From contig JAFCCJ010000001.1 in assembly GCA_017610305.1 (NCBI GenBank), positions 1 through 62,278 of the forward strand: a stretch of DNA of 62,278 bases, given 5' to 3'. The notes below the pieces were generated by a model. That model searched no databases, was not told where the DNA came from, and worked only from the letters and a program-made list of their open reading frames with translations. Both the position numbers and the translations under genes were made by a program. Shown here in pieces: positions 1-10,496 of this stretch. The DNA is from Candidatus Iainarchaeum sp. (GTDB taxonomy: Archaea; Iainarchaeota; Iainarchaeia; Iainarchaeales; JAFCCJ01). Numbering within the stretch: position 1 is the stretch's first letter; each line of letters opens with the position of its first letter.

Positions 1-1
1 A

Positions 2-1138
2 TTTGGGAATATCTCCTATGATTTCATAGACCAATTTGAGGATTTGCCCAAAAATAAGTCCAAGCTGCTGGATGAACCCGATTATGAGATGAATTTCTAT
101 GACAGCCTTTTTACAATTGACCACAAAGAAAAAAAGATTAGTTTCATTGCAAATGCGTTATTGATGGACAATAATTATGCTGAAATTCTGGAGGACTGCC
201 TGAAAAGGATTGAGGTTTATGAGAAGGCGATGGGAAAGGAAATTCCTGCCGCGAAAACGCCGAAATTAAATAATGTGAAACTTTCCGCAGACACAACCAG
301 GGATGAGTTTATGAAGATTGTGGAAAAGATGAAAAAGCACATTGTTAAGGGGGACGTTTTCCAGGTTGTTCCCAGCAGGACCATAATCAGCAGCTATGAT
401 GCCGAACCGCTTGACATTTACCGCGAACTGAGAAGATTGAATCCATCCCCTTACATGTTCTACATAAACTTTTCCTCAGGAATTTTGGTGGGTTCCTCCC
501 CTGAAATGTTCCTTAAGGTTGAGGGTGGGGAAAGTAAAAAAGTTGAAATTCGACCTATTGCAGGGACAAAACCAAGGGGAATTGTAAATGGGAAAATTGA
601 TGCGGATTTGGACAAGAAGTATGAGACAGAGCTTAAACAGGATAAGAAGGAACTGGCAGAACACACAATGCTAATTGATTTGGCGAGAAATGATGTTGCA
701 AGGGTGAGTGAACCCGGCACCAGAATTGTGGAGAGGCCATATAGTGTGGAGAAGTATTCGCATGTCCAGCACCTTGTCTCAAATGTTTCAGGAGTTTTAA
801 GAAAAGATTTTGATGCATTGCATGCATATCTTGCCTCAATGAATATGGGGACATTAACGGGTGCGCCGAAAGTTGAGGCAATGAAACTTATACGGAAATA
901 TGAAAAAAACCGCAGGGGCTTTTACGGCGGGAGTGTTGGTTATCTCACCCCAAGCGGGGACTTTGATTCCTGCATCGCCATTCGCTCAATGAGGCTGAAA
1001 GATGGGAAAGCCTATGTAAGGTCAGGGGCGGGAATTGTGTATGATTCAGTTCCGAAAAAGGAGTTTGATGAGTCTGTAAGCAAGGCAAGGGCTTGCCTTA
1101 AGGCCATAGAGATTGCACAAGGGGTGAAAGGGAAATGA
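2..1138 (+). CDS. trpE: Anthranilate synthase component I, 5'-truncated by window edge
   Basis: The track entry 44..1138 starts at an internal TTG. The same frame is open back to nt 2 (FGNISYDFIDQFEDLP...). Chorismate-binding motifs GTLTGAPK and GFYGGSVGY are present. ATGA overlap with the next gene. Confidence 0.93.
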   Translation, partial: FGNISYDFIDQFEDLPKNKSKLLDEPDYEMNFYDSLFTIDHKEKKISFIANALLMDNNYAEILEDCLKRIEVYEKAMGKEIPAAKTPKLNNVKLSADTTRDEFMKIVEKMKKHIVKGDVFQVVPSRTIISSYDAEPLDIYRELRRLNPSPYMFYINFSSGILVGSSPEMFLKVEGGESKKVEIRPIAGTKPRGIVNGKIDADLDKKYETELKQDKKELAEHTMLIDLARNDVARVSEPGTRIVERPYSVEKYSHVQHLVSNVSGVLRKDFDALHAYLASMNMGTLTGAPKVEAMKLIRKYEKNRRGFYGGSVGYLTPSGDFDSCIAIRSMRLKDGKAYVRSGAGIVYDSVPKKEFDESVSKARACLKAIEIAQGVKGK

Positions 1139-1713
1139 CTAATATTCTGCTTATTGACAATTTCGATTCCTTCACCTATAACCTTGTTGAGGAGTTTGTG
1201 AAAAAAGGCTGCAAGGTTATGGTTTACAGGAATAATTTTCCAATGGAGAAATTATATGAGGTAATTAAAAAGTCAAATATCCGCCTGATTGTTATTTCCC
1301 CGGGGCCTGGAACGCCAAAACAGGCGGGAAATTCGATAAGGATAGTTAAGGAATTCAAGGGAGTAATCCCTATCTTCGGGGTTTGTTTAGGGCATCAGGC
1401 AATTGTTGAGGCATTTGGGGGGAAGGTTGATTCCGCAGGGGAAATAATCCATGGAAAGCCCTCAAAAATTACCCATGATGGCAAGAAGATTTATATGGGC
1501 CTTGAACAGAATCTAAAAGTTGGGAGATATCATTCCCTTGCGGGAAAGAAAATTCCTGATGAGTTGGAAATTACTGCAAAAAGCAAAGAGGGTGTGATTA
1601 TGGGTGTAAGGCACAAAAAGTATTTTGTGGAAGGGGTTCAATTCCACCCTGAATCAATAATGACCCCTTCAGGGGAAAAGATGATTGAAAACCTGATAAA
1701 TTTAGTTGGATGA
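1135..1713 (+). CDS. trpG: Anthranilate synthase component II (class-I glutamine amidotransferase)
   Basis: GATase triad context GVCLGHQAI and VQFHPES. 192 aa. Overlaps the trpE stop (ATGA). Confidence 0.9.
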   Translation: MTNILLIDNFDSFTYNLVEEFVKKGCKVMVYRNNFPMEKLYEVIKKSNIRLIVISPGPGTPKQAGNSIRIVKEFKGVIPIFGVCLGHQAIVEAFGGKVDSAGEIIHGKPSKITHDGKKIYMGLEQNLKVGRYHSLAGKKIPDELEITAKSKEGVIMGVRHKKYFVEGVQFHPESIMTPSGEKMIENLINLVG

Positions 1714-1722
1714 GGTGGGGAA

Positions 1723-2739
1723 ATGATAAAAGAATCAATTACAAAAGTTGTGGAAGGAAATGATTTAACTAGGGAAGAGGCCAGGGAAACATTTGATGAG
1801 ATTATGAATGGCGAGGCAACGGCCGCTCAGATTTCTGCCTTGATTACTGCCCTTCGCATGAAAGGGGAGACTGTTGATGAGATTACTGGTGCCGCTGAAT
1901 CGATGGGGGCAGTTGTTGCAGAGGTAAAGCCAAAAGTTGATGCCGAACTCCTGGATGTTGTGGGAACTGGGGGAGATAAAAAAAATACTTTCAACATTTC
2001 CACTGCTTCAGCAATTGTTGCTGCCGGTGCGGGATGCTATGTTGCAAAGCACGGAAATAGGGCGGTTTCATCCGGAAGCGGCGCCGCAGATGTTTTGGAG
2101 AAATTAGGGGTTAAAATCGACTGTAAAAACGAGAAGAACGCTGAATTGATTGAAAAAGTAGGTATTGCATTTTTGTTTGCCCCCTGCCATCATCCTGCAA
2201 TGAAGCATGCAATTGGCCCGAGGAAGGAGATTGGAATCAGGACCATTTTCAATATCCTAGGGCCTATCACAAATCCCGCAAATGCGAAAACTTTCCTTTT
2301 GGGGGTTTATGATTTAGGGCTTGCGGAAAAGCTTGCAAATGTACTTGCAAACATGGGCCTGAAAAAGGCATTGGTTGTGCATGGAAATGATGGCTGTGAT
2401 GAGATTTCTATTAGTGACTCAACAACTGTTTTTGAGGTTGAAAATGGGAAAGTGGGCAAAAGCGAAATTTCTCCCGAAGATTTTGGTTTGGAAAAAGGAA
2501 AAGAAAATGATTTGGTTGTAAATTCAATTGAAGAATCCGCAAATACCATAAAGGGGATTTTGAGCGGGAAGGAAAAAGGTGCAAAAAGGAATACTGTCCT
2601 GCTGAATGCCGGTGCCGCGATTTACGCAAATGGAAAGGCAGGAAGCATAAAGGAAGGGATTGAGCTTGCAAAGAAATCCATTGATTCCGGAAAGGCAAGG
2701 GAAAAGTTGGAAAATCTTATTGAGGAGAGCGGAAAATGA
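1723..2739 (+). CDS. trpD: Anthranilate phosphoribosyltransferase
   Basis: Motifs VGTGGDKKNTFNISTASA and HGNRAVSSGSGAADVLE. Operon position. Confidence 0.93.
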   Translation: MIKESITKVVEGNDLTREEARETFDEIMNGEATAAQISALITALRMKGETVDEITGAAESMGAVVAEVKPKVDAELLDVVGTGGDKKNTFNISTASAIVAAGAGCYVAKHGNRAVSSGSGAADVLEKLGVKIDCKNEKNAELIEKVGIAFLFAPCHHPAMKHAIGPRKEIGIRTIFNILGPITNPANAKTFLLGVYDLGLAEKLANVLANMGLKKALVVHGNDGCDEISISDSTTVFEVENGKVGKSEISPEDFGLEKGKENDLVVNSIEESANTIKGILSGKEKGAKRNTVLLNAGAAIYANGKAGSIKEGIELAKKSIDSGKAREKLENLIEESGK

Positions 2740-4130
2740 CTTTTTTGGATAAAGTGAAAAAGGTTAAGCAAAAGGAGGTTGACCGCTCGAAAAAGAATAG
2801 GCCTCTAGCCAGCTTCCGCAAAAAACTGAAAAATAGCAAAAGAAATTTCAGGAAAGCAATTACGCAAAAAAATAAGGGGAAATTCCCAAAACTGATTGCC
2901 GAAATTAAGAGGGCGTCTCCCTCCAAAGGAATTATTACGAAAAAATTTGATGTTACAGGGATTGCAAAACTTTATGGCAAGTATGCTTCGGCGGTTTCTG
3001 TTCTCACTGACAAAAAATACTTTAAGGGGGATTTGAAATTCATTAAGATTGCATCTAAAGCCAGCGGCCTTCCTGTGCTGCGAAAAGATTTCATTATCGA
3101 TGCCTATCAGATTTACGAATCAAGGTTTTATGGTGCGGATGCGATTCTGCTGATTTCGGAGTTGCTTACAAAAAATAAAATTAATGAATTCCTCAGGATT
3201 GCAAAATCGCTTGGAATGGATTGTTTGGTTGAGGTTGATTCACTTTCCACCCTGAAAAAAGTTTTGGGAACCAACGCAAAAATTATCGGAGTTAACAACA
3301 GAAATTTGCGTACACTAAAAGTCGATACTAAAAAAACTTCGAAATTAATTAAGCAGATTCCAAAAAATAAACAAAAGAAATTGGTTATTGTTTCAGAATC
3401 AGGAATTTATGGCAGGAAAGATGTTGATGAATTAAAAGGGAGAGTTGATTCTATTTTGGTTGGCTCCTCAATAATGGAAAGCAAAAACCGAAAGCTGAAA
3501 CTCAAGGAACTTTTAGGAATTCCCCTTGTGAAAATCTGCGGAGTGAAATCAAAAAAGGACGCACTTGCTGCAGTCAAGGCAGGGGCAGATTTCATAGGCT
3601 TTAACTTCTACATAAACAGCCCCCGCTATATTGAATCAAAAAAAGCGACACAAATAACCAAGGCGTTGCCAAAGGAGCTTGTTAAGGTAGGGGTTTTTGT
3701 GAATGAATCAAAATCAGGGGTGAAAAGGATTGCAAAGACATCAGGGCTTGATTTGGTGCAATTTTCAGGCGATGAAACCCCTTCTTATGTAAATTCGTTC
3801 AAAAACGGATTTAAGGCCCTGAAAATCAGAAAAAGGGCTGATTTAAAGGAAATAAATAAATACAAATCAGGGGTAATTCTATTGGAACCTTTCAAGAAAG
3901 GACTTTATGGGGGTACTGGCAAAAAATTCAATGCCGGAATGCTTAAGGAGATAAATAAAATTCATGGAAAGAAGATTATTCTCGCAGGGGGCATAAGCCC
4001 TTCAAATGTGAAGGGAATTTTGCGTTTTGTGAGTCCCTATGCCTTTGACACTGCCACAGGTGCAGAATTATCTCCTGGGAAGAAAAGCGTTGCAAAAATG
4101 AGGAATCTTATAAGGATGGTGAGCAAATGA
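2736..4130 (+). CDS. trpCF: Bifunctional indole-3-glycerol-phosphate synthase / phosphoribosylanthranilate isomerase
   Basis: The N-terminal half carries IGPS motif EIKRASPSKG. The C-terminal half starts VKICGVKSKKDALAAVKAGADFIGFNF (PRAI). 464 aa. ATGA overlaps on both sides. Confidence 0.9.
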   Translation: MTFLDKVKKVKQKEVDRSKKNRPLASFRKKLKNSKRNFRKAITQKNKGKFPKLIAEIKRASPSKGIITKKFDVTGIAKLYGKYASAVSVLTDKKYFKGDLKFIKIASKASGLPVLRKDFIIDAYQIYESRFYGADAILLISELLTKNKINEFLRIAKSLGMDCLVEVDSLSTLKKVLGTNAKIIGVNNRNLRTLKVDTKKTSKLIKQIPKNKQKKLVIVSESGIYGRKDVDELKGRVDSILVGSSIMESKNRKLKLKELLGIPLVKICGVKSKKDALAAVKAGADFIGFNFYINSPRYIESKKATQITKALPKELVKVGVFVNESKSGVKRIAKTSGLDLVQFSGDETPSYVNSFKNGFKALKIRKRADLKEINKYKSGVILLEPFKKGLYGGTGKKFNAGMLKEINKIHGKKIILAGGISPSNVKGILRFVSPYAFDTATGAELSPGKKSVAKMRNLIRMVSK

Positions 4131-4933
4131 AAATCTACATTTTATCCAACGACGAGGCAAAGGAAGGGTTTGAGTCAGAATTTGGGCTCTCACTTTTTAT
4201 CGAAGGCAAGGAAAAGCTGCTCTTTGATACAGGCGCAAGTGATGTATTCAAGAAGAATGCTGAGAAACTGAAATTAAAAATTGATGGTGTGAAAACAATA
4301 GTTGCCAGCCATGGCCATGCAGACCATAACAGTGGTCTGGAGGTGTTTGAAGAATCTGAACCAAAAAAGAGGGTTATCGGGCATCCCAAGATGTTCCAGA
4401 AGAGGTATTTGAGGAGAGAAGATGCCTATGTAGGCTTGCCAATAACAAAGCTTGAGGCAGACGACAGCTTTGAATTGGAATTGCATAGTGAACCATTCAA
4501 TATAAATGATTCAATGGTTTTTTTGGGCGAGATTCCGAGGAAGAATGATTTCGAGGGGAAGAGGACAAATTTTTCCTTTTTCTCCAACGATAGATTAGTT
4601 GCTGACTTTACGCCGGATGATTCCGCCCTTGCAATCAAAACCTCAAAAGGCTTGGTTGTCGTAACTGGCTGTAGTCATTCAGGAATATGCAATATTCTGG
4701 AATATGCAAAGCAGGTCACTGGGGAGAAAAAGATTCTTGCAGTTATTGGCGGCTTTCACATGCTTGAGGTTCATGATTCAACCCTGAATAAAACCGTGAA
4801 TTACCTGAAAGACAATGGTGTGGAAAAAATAATTCCCCTTCACTGCATTGATGAGGCCGCACTAAAAAGGCTTGGGGAAGATTTAAGCATTGAAAAACAT
4901 GTTGCAGGGGATGTAATAGAATTTGAGGACTGA
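4127..4933 (+). CDS. Stand-alone MBL-fold metallo-hydrolase (COG1237 / DHPS-like MBL-fold type) embedded in the trp operon
   Basis: HxHxDH motif ([10 protein letters not shown]). N-terminus MKIYILSND...GLSLFIEG...LLFDTG resembles COG1237-type proteins. Start overlaps the trpCF stop, and trpB starts 5 nt after its stop. Confidence 0.75.
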   Translation: MKIYILSNDEAKEGFESEFGLSLFIEGKEKLLFDTGASDVFKKNAEKLKLKIDGVKTIVASHGHADHNSGLEVFEESEPKKRVIGHPKMFQKRYLRREDAYVGLPITKLEADDSFELELHSEPFNINDSMVFLGEIPRKNDFEGKRTNFSFFSNDRLVADFTPDDSALAIKTSKGLVVVTGCSHSGICNILEYAKQVTGEKKILAVIGGFHMLEVHDSTLNKTVNYLKDNGVEKIIPLHCIDEAALKRLGEDLSIEKHVAGDVIEFED

Positions 4934-4938
4934 TTGAA

Positions 4939-6126
4939 ATGAAGAATCTGGGGAAATTTGGCGAGTTTGGCGGGGTTTTTGTTCCTGAAACACTGATGCC
5001 GGCACTTGAGGAACTGGAAGCTGCCTTTGAGAAATACAAGAAAGATGAAAAGTTCAACAAGGAACTGGATTCTTTATTGACAGAATATGCTGGCAGGCCT
5101 ACAGCCCTGACTTTTGCCGAGAATTTGAGCAGGAAATTTGGGTGCAAGATTTATCTTAAGAGAGAGGACCTGGCACATACTGGCGCCCATAAAATCAACA
5201 ATGCTTTGGGCCAGGCATTGCTTGCGAAATATATGGGGAAGAAAAGGATTATTGCCGAGACAGGTGCAGGGCAGCATGGGACTGCTGTTGCAACTGCGGG
5301 GGCAAGGCTTGGTTTGGATGCCGAAATTTATATGGGAACTATTGATATTGAAAGGCAAAAGCCCAATGTTTTCAGGATGAAGCTGCAGGGTGCAAAGGTA
5401 AATCCTGTTGTAACTGGTTCAAAAACATTGAAGGATGCGATTAATGAGTGTTTGCGTGATTGGACAGGAAGTGTCAGGGAGACTTACTATCTTCTTGGTT
5501 CTGTTTTGGGCCCCCATGAATATCCAACAATGGTTGCCTATTTTCAGTCAGTCATCGGAAAAGAGGCAAGAGAGCAGATTATGAAGAAAGAGGGGAGTCT
5601 GCCAAAGGCAGTTATTGCCTGTGTTGGAGGGGGGAGCAATGCAATTGGCATATTCAAGGGATTTTTGGATGATAAGGGTGTTGAACTTATTGGTGTTGAG
5701 GCAGGCGGACTGGGAATAGAAAGCGGCAAGCATGCTGCAAGATTTGCTGACCCTAAAATCGGAAAGAAGGGAGTTTTGCATGGCAATCTCACTTATGTGC
5801 TCCAAGACAAGTTTGGGCAGATTTACAACACCCATTCAGTGAGTGCAGGTTTGGATTACAGTGCTGTTGGGCCTGAACATTCAATGTTAAGGGAATTGGG
5901 GAGAGCGAAGTACACTTATGCAACAGATAAGGAGGCATTGGATGCCTTTAAATTGCTGAGCGAGGAGGAAGGAATCATTCCTGCCCTTGAGTCGGCACAT
6001 GCTGTCGCCTATGCAATTAAGTATGCAAAAGAATGCAAGAAGGACGACGTTATTGTTGTGAATTTAAGCGGCCGCGGAGATAAAGATATTTTCCACGTGG
6101 CAAAAGAAATAGGTGCAGAGATATGA
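4939..6126 (+). CDS. trpB: Tryptophan synthase beta chain
   Basis: PLP-lysine motif HTGAHKINN, plus GGGSNAIG. 395 aa. Confidence 0.95.
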   Translation: MKNLGKFGEFGGVFVPETLMPALEELEAAFEKYKKDEKFNKELDSLLTEYAGRPTALTFAENLSRKFGCKIYLKREDLAHTGAHKINNALGQALLAKYMGKKRIIAETGAGQHGTAVATAGARLGLDAEIYMGTIDIERQKPNVFRMKLQGAKVNPVVTGSKTLKDAINECLRDWTGSVRETYYLLGSVLGPHEYPTMVAYFQSVIGKEAREQIMKKEGSLPKAVIACVGGGSNAIGIFKGFLDDKGVELIGVEAGGLGIESGKHAARFADPKIGKKGVLHGNLTYVLQDKFGQIYNTHSVSAGLDYSAVGPEHSMLRELGRAKYTYATDKEALDAFKLLSEEEGIIPALESAHAVAYAIKYAKECKKDDVIVVNLSGRGDKDIFHVAKEIGAEI

Positions 6127-6923
6127 ATCGCTATGAAAAAAGGTTTGCAGAACTGAAAAAGAACGGGAAAAAGGCACTGATGCCATTTGTTGTTCTTGGG
6201 GACCCGGATTATGAGACTTCATCGGAAATTTTGAAGGAAATGATGAAGCATGCCGATGCATTGGAATTGGGATTTGCCTTTTCAGACCCTATTGCAGACG
6301 GGAAAACAATCCAGGCCGCGGATGTTAGGGCATTGGACAGCGGGATTAACCCTGACAAGTGCTTTGAGCTGATTAAGGAAATCAGGAAAATTGACAATGA
6401 TATTCCGATTGGTTTGCTTGTGTACTATAATCTCATTTACGCCAACGGGATCGATAATTTTTACAAAAAGGCAAAGGATGCAGGGGTGGATGGAATTCTT
6501 GCGGCAGATGCCCCTATTGAAGAGGCAGGACCATTGCTTAAGTCTGCGAAGAAGTTTGGAATTAACCAGATTTTTTTGGTTACTCCGACAATCACTCCTG
6601 AACGCCTGAAAACAATACTTGCAAGCGCCTCAGGATTTGTTTATTTGGTTGCTTTGCTCGGAGTTACGGGCGCGAGAAAGGAATTGGGTGCGGAGACAGT
6701 ATCATTGATTAAAAAGGTCAGGCCGGAAACGAAACTTCCGATTTGTGTAGGGTTTGGAATTTCTGAACCTGAGCATGTGAAAAAGGTTTGTGATGCTGGT
6801 GCTGATTGTGCAATTGTGGGGAGTGCGGTTGAGAAAATAATTGAGAAAAATCTTGGAAATAAGGAAAAAATGCTTTCCGAGGTTTCTGATTACCTTTCCA
6901 AAATGAAAAATGCTACGGAGTGA
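6123..6923 (+). CDS. trpA: Tryptophan synthase alpha chain
   Basis: Motif [14 protein letters not shown]. 266 aa. ATGA overlap with trpB. Confidence 0.92.
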   Translation: MNRYEKRFAELKKNGKKALMPFVVLGDPDYETSSEILKEMMKHADALELGFAFSDPIADGKTIQAADVRALDSGINPDKCFELIKEIRKIDNDIPIGLLVYYNLIYANGIDNFYKKAKDAGVDGILAADAPIEEAGPLLKSAKKFGINQIFLVTPTITPERLKTILASASGFVYLVALLGVTGARKELGAETVSLIKKVRPETKLPICVGFGISEPEHVKKVCDAGADCAIVGSAVEKIIEKNLGNKEKMLSEVSDYLSKMKNATE

Positions 6924-6928
6924 GCTGA

Positions 6929-8191
6929 ATGGATATTGAAATTCAGCCGGTTGTGAAACTGGATGCCAGTGTTAAGGCTCCAAGTTCTAAGGGGTTTACG
7001 CTCAGGGCATTGTATATTGCGGCCCTTGCAGAGGGTCAGAGCCTTATTAAGGATGCATTGATTGCCGAGGACCAGTTACTTTCAATTAAGGCCCTTGAGT
7101 CAATGGGCGTAAAAATCAACCGAAAAGGAAATGATATTTTAGTTGAGGGCGGCGGCGGAGAACTTAATGCCCCGAAAAAGGAATTGTTTCTTGGAAATTC
7201 AGGGGTTGGAATAAGATTTATGGCGTCACTTGCCGCACTGGCAAAGGGAGAAACCCTGCTCACCGGAAATGAAAGGATGATGGAAAGACCGATAAAGGAT
7301 CTTACTGAAACCCTTGGCTCTTTAGGGGCAAATCTGGAAATTTTGGGTGAGAATGGCTGTCCTCCATTGAGGGTTAAAGGCCCCTCGCTTGCGGGCGGGA
7401 AGGGGCTTATAGACTGCAGCAAAAGCTCCCAATTTCTGAGTTCAATTCTTGTTGCCGCCCCCTATGCAAAGGAGGATGTTGAACTTGAGATTAAGGGGGA
7501 GCTGCGCTCAAAGCCATTTATCGACATGACAATCCATTCAATGAATGATTTTGGGGTTGCTGTCGAAAACCATAACTATGAAAAATTTGCTGTGAAATCA
7601 GGGCAGAAATACGAGGGTAGGGATTACCGCGTTGAAGGGGATTATACAAATGTATCTTATTTCTTCGCCGCTGCCGCAATTACCGACGGGAAGATTAAGG
7701 TTGAAAATTTGAATCCACACTCGGTTCAGGGGGACCTCTTCCTGCTGGACATTTTTGAAAGGATGGGCTGCAAAGTGCATTTTGGCGATAATTTTGCTGA
7801 ACTAGAAGGGGGAAAGCTGAGCGGGATTGAGGTTGACATGTCGGATTACCCTGATGTTGTTCAGACACTTGCAGTTGTCGCAAGCTTTGCAAAGGGAAAA
7901 ACCAAAATAAAGAACATTGCCCATCTCAGGATTAAGGAAACTGACAGGATATCTGCGACCGCCGCTGAACTGAAGAAATTAGGGGTCGGAGTTGTTGAGG
8001 ACGAGGACTCACTTACAATTGTGGGCGGGGTTAAAAACGGCGCAAGCATTGAAACCTACAATGACCATAGGATGGCGATGGCATTTGCAGTTGCAGGGCT
8101 TAGGCAGGAAGGGATTGTTATAAAGGATGTTGAGTGCGTTAAGAAATCCTTCCCAAATTATTTTGAGGAACTTGTAAAATTGGGTGACTGA
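6929..8191 (+). CDS. aroA: 3-phosphoshikimate 1-carboxyvinyltransferase (EPSP synthase)
   Basis: Motifs LGNSGVGIRF and RIKETDRI. 420 aa. Confidence 0.92.
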   Translation: MDIEIQPVVKLDASVKAPSSKGFTLRALYIAALAEGQSLIKDALIAEDQLLSIKALESMGVKINRKGNDILVEGGGGELNAPKKELFLGNSGVGIRFMASLAALAKGETLLTGNERMMERPIKDLTETLGSLGANLEILGENGCPPLRVKGPSLAGGKGLIDCSKSSQFLSSILVAAPYAKEDVELEIKGELRSKPFIDMTIHSMNDFGVAVENHNYEKFAVKSGQKYEGRDYRVEGDYTNVSYFFAAAAITDGKIKVENLNPHSVQGDLFLLDIFERMGCKVHFGDNFAELEGGKLSGIEVDMSDYPDVVQTLAVVASFAKGKTKIKNIAHLRIKETDRISATAAELKKLGVGVVEDEDSLTIVGGVKNGASIETYNDHRMAMAFAVAGLRQEGIVIKDVECVKKSFPNYFEELVKLGD

Positions 8192-8710
8192 ATGAACATT
8201 TATTTGATTGGTTACAGGGGAACCGGAAAAACCCATATTGGCAGGGAGCTTGCAAAAGCCCTGGAAAAGGAATTTACCGATACTGACGATTTAATCGCTG
8301 AGAAGGCGGGAAAGAGCATTCCCGAAATTTTTGAGGACGACGGTGAGGAGAAATTCAGGGATATTGAATTCAATGTATTGGGCGAAGTTGCCGTTAAAGG
8401 CAATTTGGTTGTCGGGTGCGGCGGGGGAATTATCCTGCGCAAAGAGAACATTGAAACACTTAAAAAGAGTGGGGTTGTTATTCTTCTGGAAGCCTCTCCG
8501 GAGAAAATATATAATAGGATTTCCGGAGACAGAAACCGGCCTGCGCTAACTAACAAAAATGAGTTTGAGGAAATCAGGCATGTTTTGGCCGAAAGAAAGG
8601 AAAACTATGAAAAAGCGGCCGACTATACGATTGATGCAGGGAATTTTTCAATCAGGGAAAATGTTGAACAGATTATTTGTATTCTAAAAAAAGACAAGGC
8701 GATTAAATGA
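8192..8710 (+). CDS. aroK: Shikimate kinase, P-loop AroK type
   Basis: Walker A GYRGTGKTHIG near the N-terminus. 172 aa. Starts directly after the aroA stop. Confidence 0.85.
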   Translation: MNIYLIGYRGTGKTHIGRELAKALEKEFTDTDDLIAEKAGKSIPEIFEDDGEEKFRDIEFNVLGEVAVKGNLVVGCGGGIILRKENIETLKKSGVVILLEASPEKIYNRISGDRNRPALTNKNEFEEIRHVLAERKENYEKAADYTIDAGNFSIRENVEQIICILKKDKAIK

Positions 8711-9819
8711 CCCGAATAAAGGTAAATTTGCGGAAACGGATTGACAGTTCCTACAATATTTATATTGAAAACAATGCATTCAGTAAAATTGCGGCGGATT
8801 TGAAAAGGAAACCTGCAGGAAACAAGTATGCCGTGATTACCGATAGTAATGTGAAGAGGATTTTCGGTAAGCAACTTATGAAACATCTGAAGCGCAAGAG
8901 GCTGGATGCCTGCATGATTGACTTTCCGCCAGGGGAAAGTAACAAGAGGCTAAAGACAATTGAATCCATACAGGAGAGAATGCTTGCAAAGGGCCTTAAC
9001 AGAAAATCTGCAGTAATTGCATTTGGCGGGGGCATTGCAGGGGATGTTGCGGGCTTTGCGGCCGCAAGCTATATGCGGGGCATTCCATTTATCCAGCTTC
9101 CCACTTCCCTTCTTGCAATGGTTGATTCCAGCATTGGGGGAAAAGTTGGGGTGGACCTTCCCTCAGGGAAGAATTCTTCAGGGGCATTTAAGCAGCCTGA
9201 ATCGGTTTATATCCATCTCAATGCGCTTAAGAGTCTACCTGAAAGGGAAATGAGAAATGGGATGGCTGAGGTTGTGAAGCATGCAGTTATGGCGGATAAA
9301 AAATTATTTTCTTTTTTAGAGAAAAATGTGAACAGGATTATGGGAGGGAATATGAAAATTCTGGGCAAAGTGATAAAAAGAAACTGCGAAATTAAGGGGA
9401 GAATTGTTGAGAAGGATGAGCTGGAGGAGAATTTGAGAAAAACTGTGAACTATGGCCATACAGTCGGGCATGCGCTGGAGGTCCTCACCAATTACAGGAA
9501 ATATTCCCATGGGGAAGCAATAGCAATCGGGATGAATGCCGCGGCCATTATTTCTGAAAAAATGGGCCTGATGGATTCAGGGGATGTTAAAAGGCAAAGG
9601 CTGCTGTTGGAGAGGATAGGTTTACCAACTAAGATTCCAAAAAATATTTCAAATGCAAAGATTTTGAGGGAACTTAAAAAAGACAAGAAGGTAATAGACG
9701 GTGTGGAAAAATTTGTTCTGCCGAAGAAAATAGGAAAAATGCATTCAATTAAAGGCAATTATGCGCTTGATGTCTCAAAGGGGATTATCTCAGGCGCTTT
9801 AAGCGAGGCGAGAAAATGA
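8707..9819 (+). CDS. aroB: 3-dehydroquinate synthase (AroB type)
   Basis: Motifs GGGIAGDVAGFAAA and DSSIGGKVGV. His-rich metal-site region HTVGHALE. Confidence 0.9.
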   Translation: MTRIKVNLRKRIDSSYNIYIENNAFSKIAADLKRKPAGNKYAVITDSNVKRIFGKQLMKHLKRKRLDACMIDFPPGESNKRLKTIESIQERMLAKGLNRKSAVIAFGGGIAGDVAGFAAASYMRGIPFIQLPTSLLAMVDSSIGGKVGVDLPSGKNSSGAFKQPESVYIHLNALKSLPEREMRNGMAEVVKHAVMADKKLFSFLEKNVNRIMGGNMKILGKVIKRNCEIKGRIVEKDELEENLRKTVNYGHTVGHALEVLTNYRKYSHGEAIAIGMNAAAIISEKMGLMDSGDVKRQRLLLERIGLPTKIPKNISNAKILRELKKDKKVIDGVEKFVLPKKIGKMHSIKGNYALDVSKGIISGALSEARK

Positions 9820-10496
9820 TTTGCGTTCCAATAGTTGCAAAGAGCAATTCTGCGGCATTGGAAGATATTGCGAAGGCCAATAAGGTGGCGGATTATATTG
9901 AACTAAGGCTGGATTTAATCAACAAGCCAAATATTGAGAGTTTGATCAAAAAAGCAAAAAAACCGGTGATTGTAACTGTGAGAAAAAAAAGCGAGGGCGG
10001 CAAATTCTCAGGAACTGAAAGCCGCAGAATTTCCTTGCTGAAAAAGGCGCTAAAGTTAAAACCTGAATATATCGATCTGGAATTTTCAATTCCGAAGAAA
10101 AGCCTCAATTCCCTTATCGAAACTTCCGGGAAGAAAACAAAGGTTATTCTTTCCCACCACAATATGAAATCAACACCACCCCTAAAAGAGTTGAATGTCC
10201 TGCTTGCGAAAATGAAGAAGGTGAAGGGAGTGAATATTTTTAAGATTATCACAACTGCAAACTTCATGGATGACAGCATGGCAATACTTGAATTTCTAAG
10301 GCAGGCAAAAAAGAAAAAGAACAATATTATTTCATTTGCCATGGGGATTTACGGAAAAGATTCAAGAATCCTTTCTGTGCCATTTGGTTCCTATCTCACA
10401 TTTGGCTCCTTGGAGAAGGGAAAGGAATCTGCAGATGGGCAGCTTACTGTGGGTGAGTTGAATAAGATTTACCAGGGTTTGAGCGTGATGTTATGA
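9816..10496 (+). CDS. aroD: 3-dehydroquinate dehydratase, type I
   Basis: 226 aa. IELRLDLI near the N-terminus and a FKIITTA...ISFAMG pattern typical of type I DHQase. Operon position. Confidence 0.82.
   Translation: MICVPIVAKSNSAALEDIAKANKVADYIELRLDLINKPNIESLIKKAKKPVIVTVRKKSEGGKFSGTESRRISLLKKALKLKPEYIDLEFSIPKKSLNSLIETSGKKTKVILSHHNMKSTPPLKELNVLLAKMKKVKGVNIFKIITTANFMDDSMAILEFLRQAKKKKNNIISFAMGIYGKDSRILSVPFGSYLTFGSLEKGKESADGQLTVGELNKIYQGLSVML

Noticed and set aside
44-1138. The ORF-track start (M at nt 44) for the first gene suggests a complete 364-aa protein.
   Set aside because: Codon 44-46 is TTG. The frame is open to nt 2 and the upstream residues (FGNISYDFIDQFEDL) are typical internal TrpE sequence. 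The gene is 5'-truncated by the window and is not a short TrpE.
2736-2890. The very basic N-terminal ~50 aa of TrpCF (KKVKQKEVDRSKKNRPLASFRKKLKNSKRNFRK) looked like an added nucleic-acid-binding extension.
   Set aside because: The stretch aligns with the normal N-terminal helices of IGPS (for example the ...PLASF... segment preceding the KxASPSKG motif). It is only Lys-enriched, as is the whole proteome.
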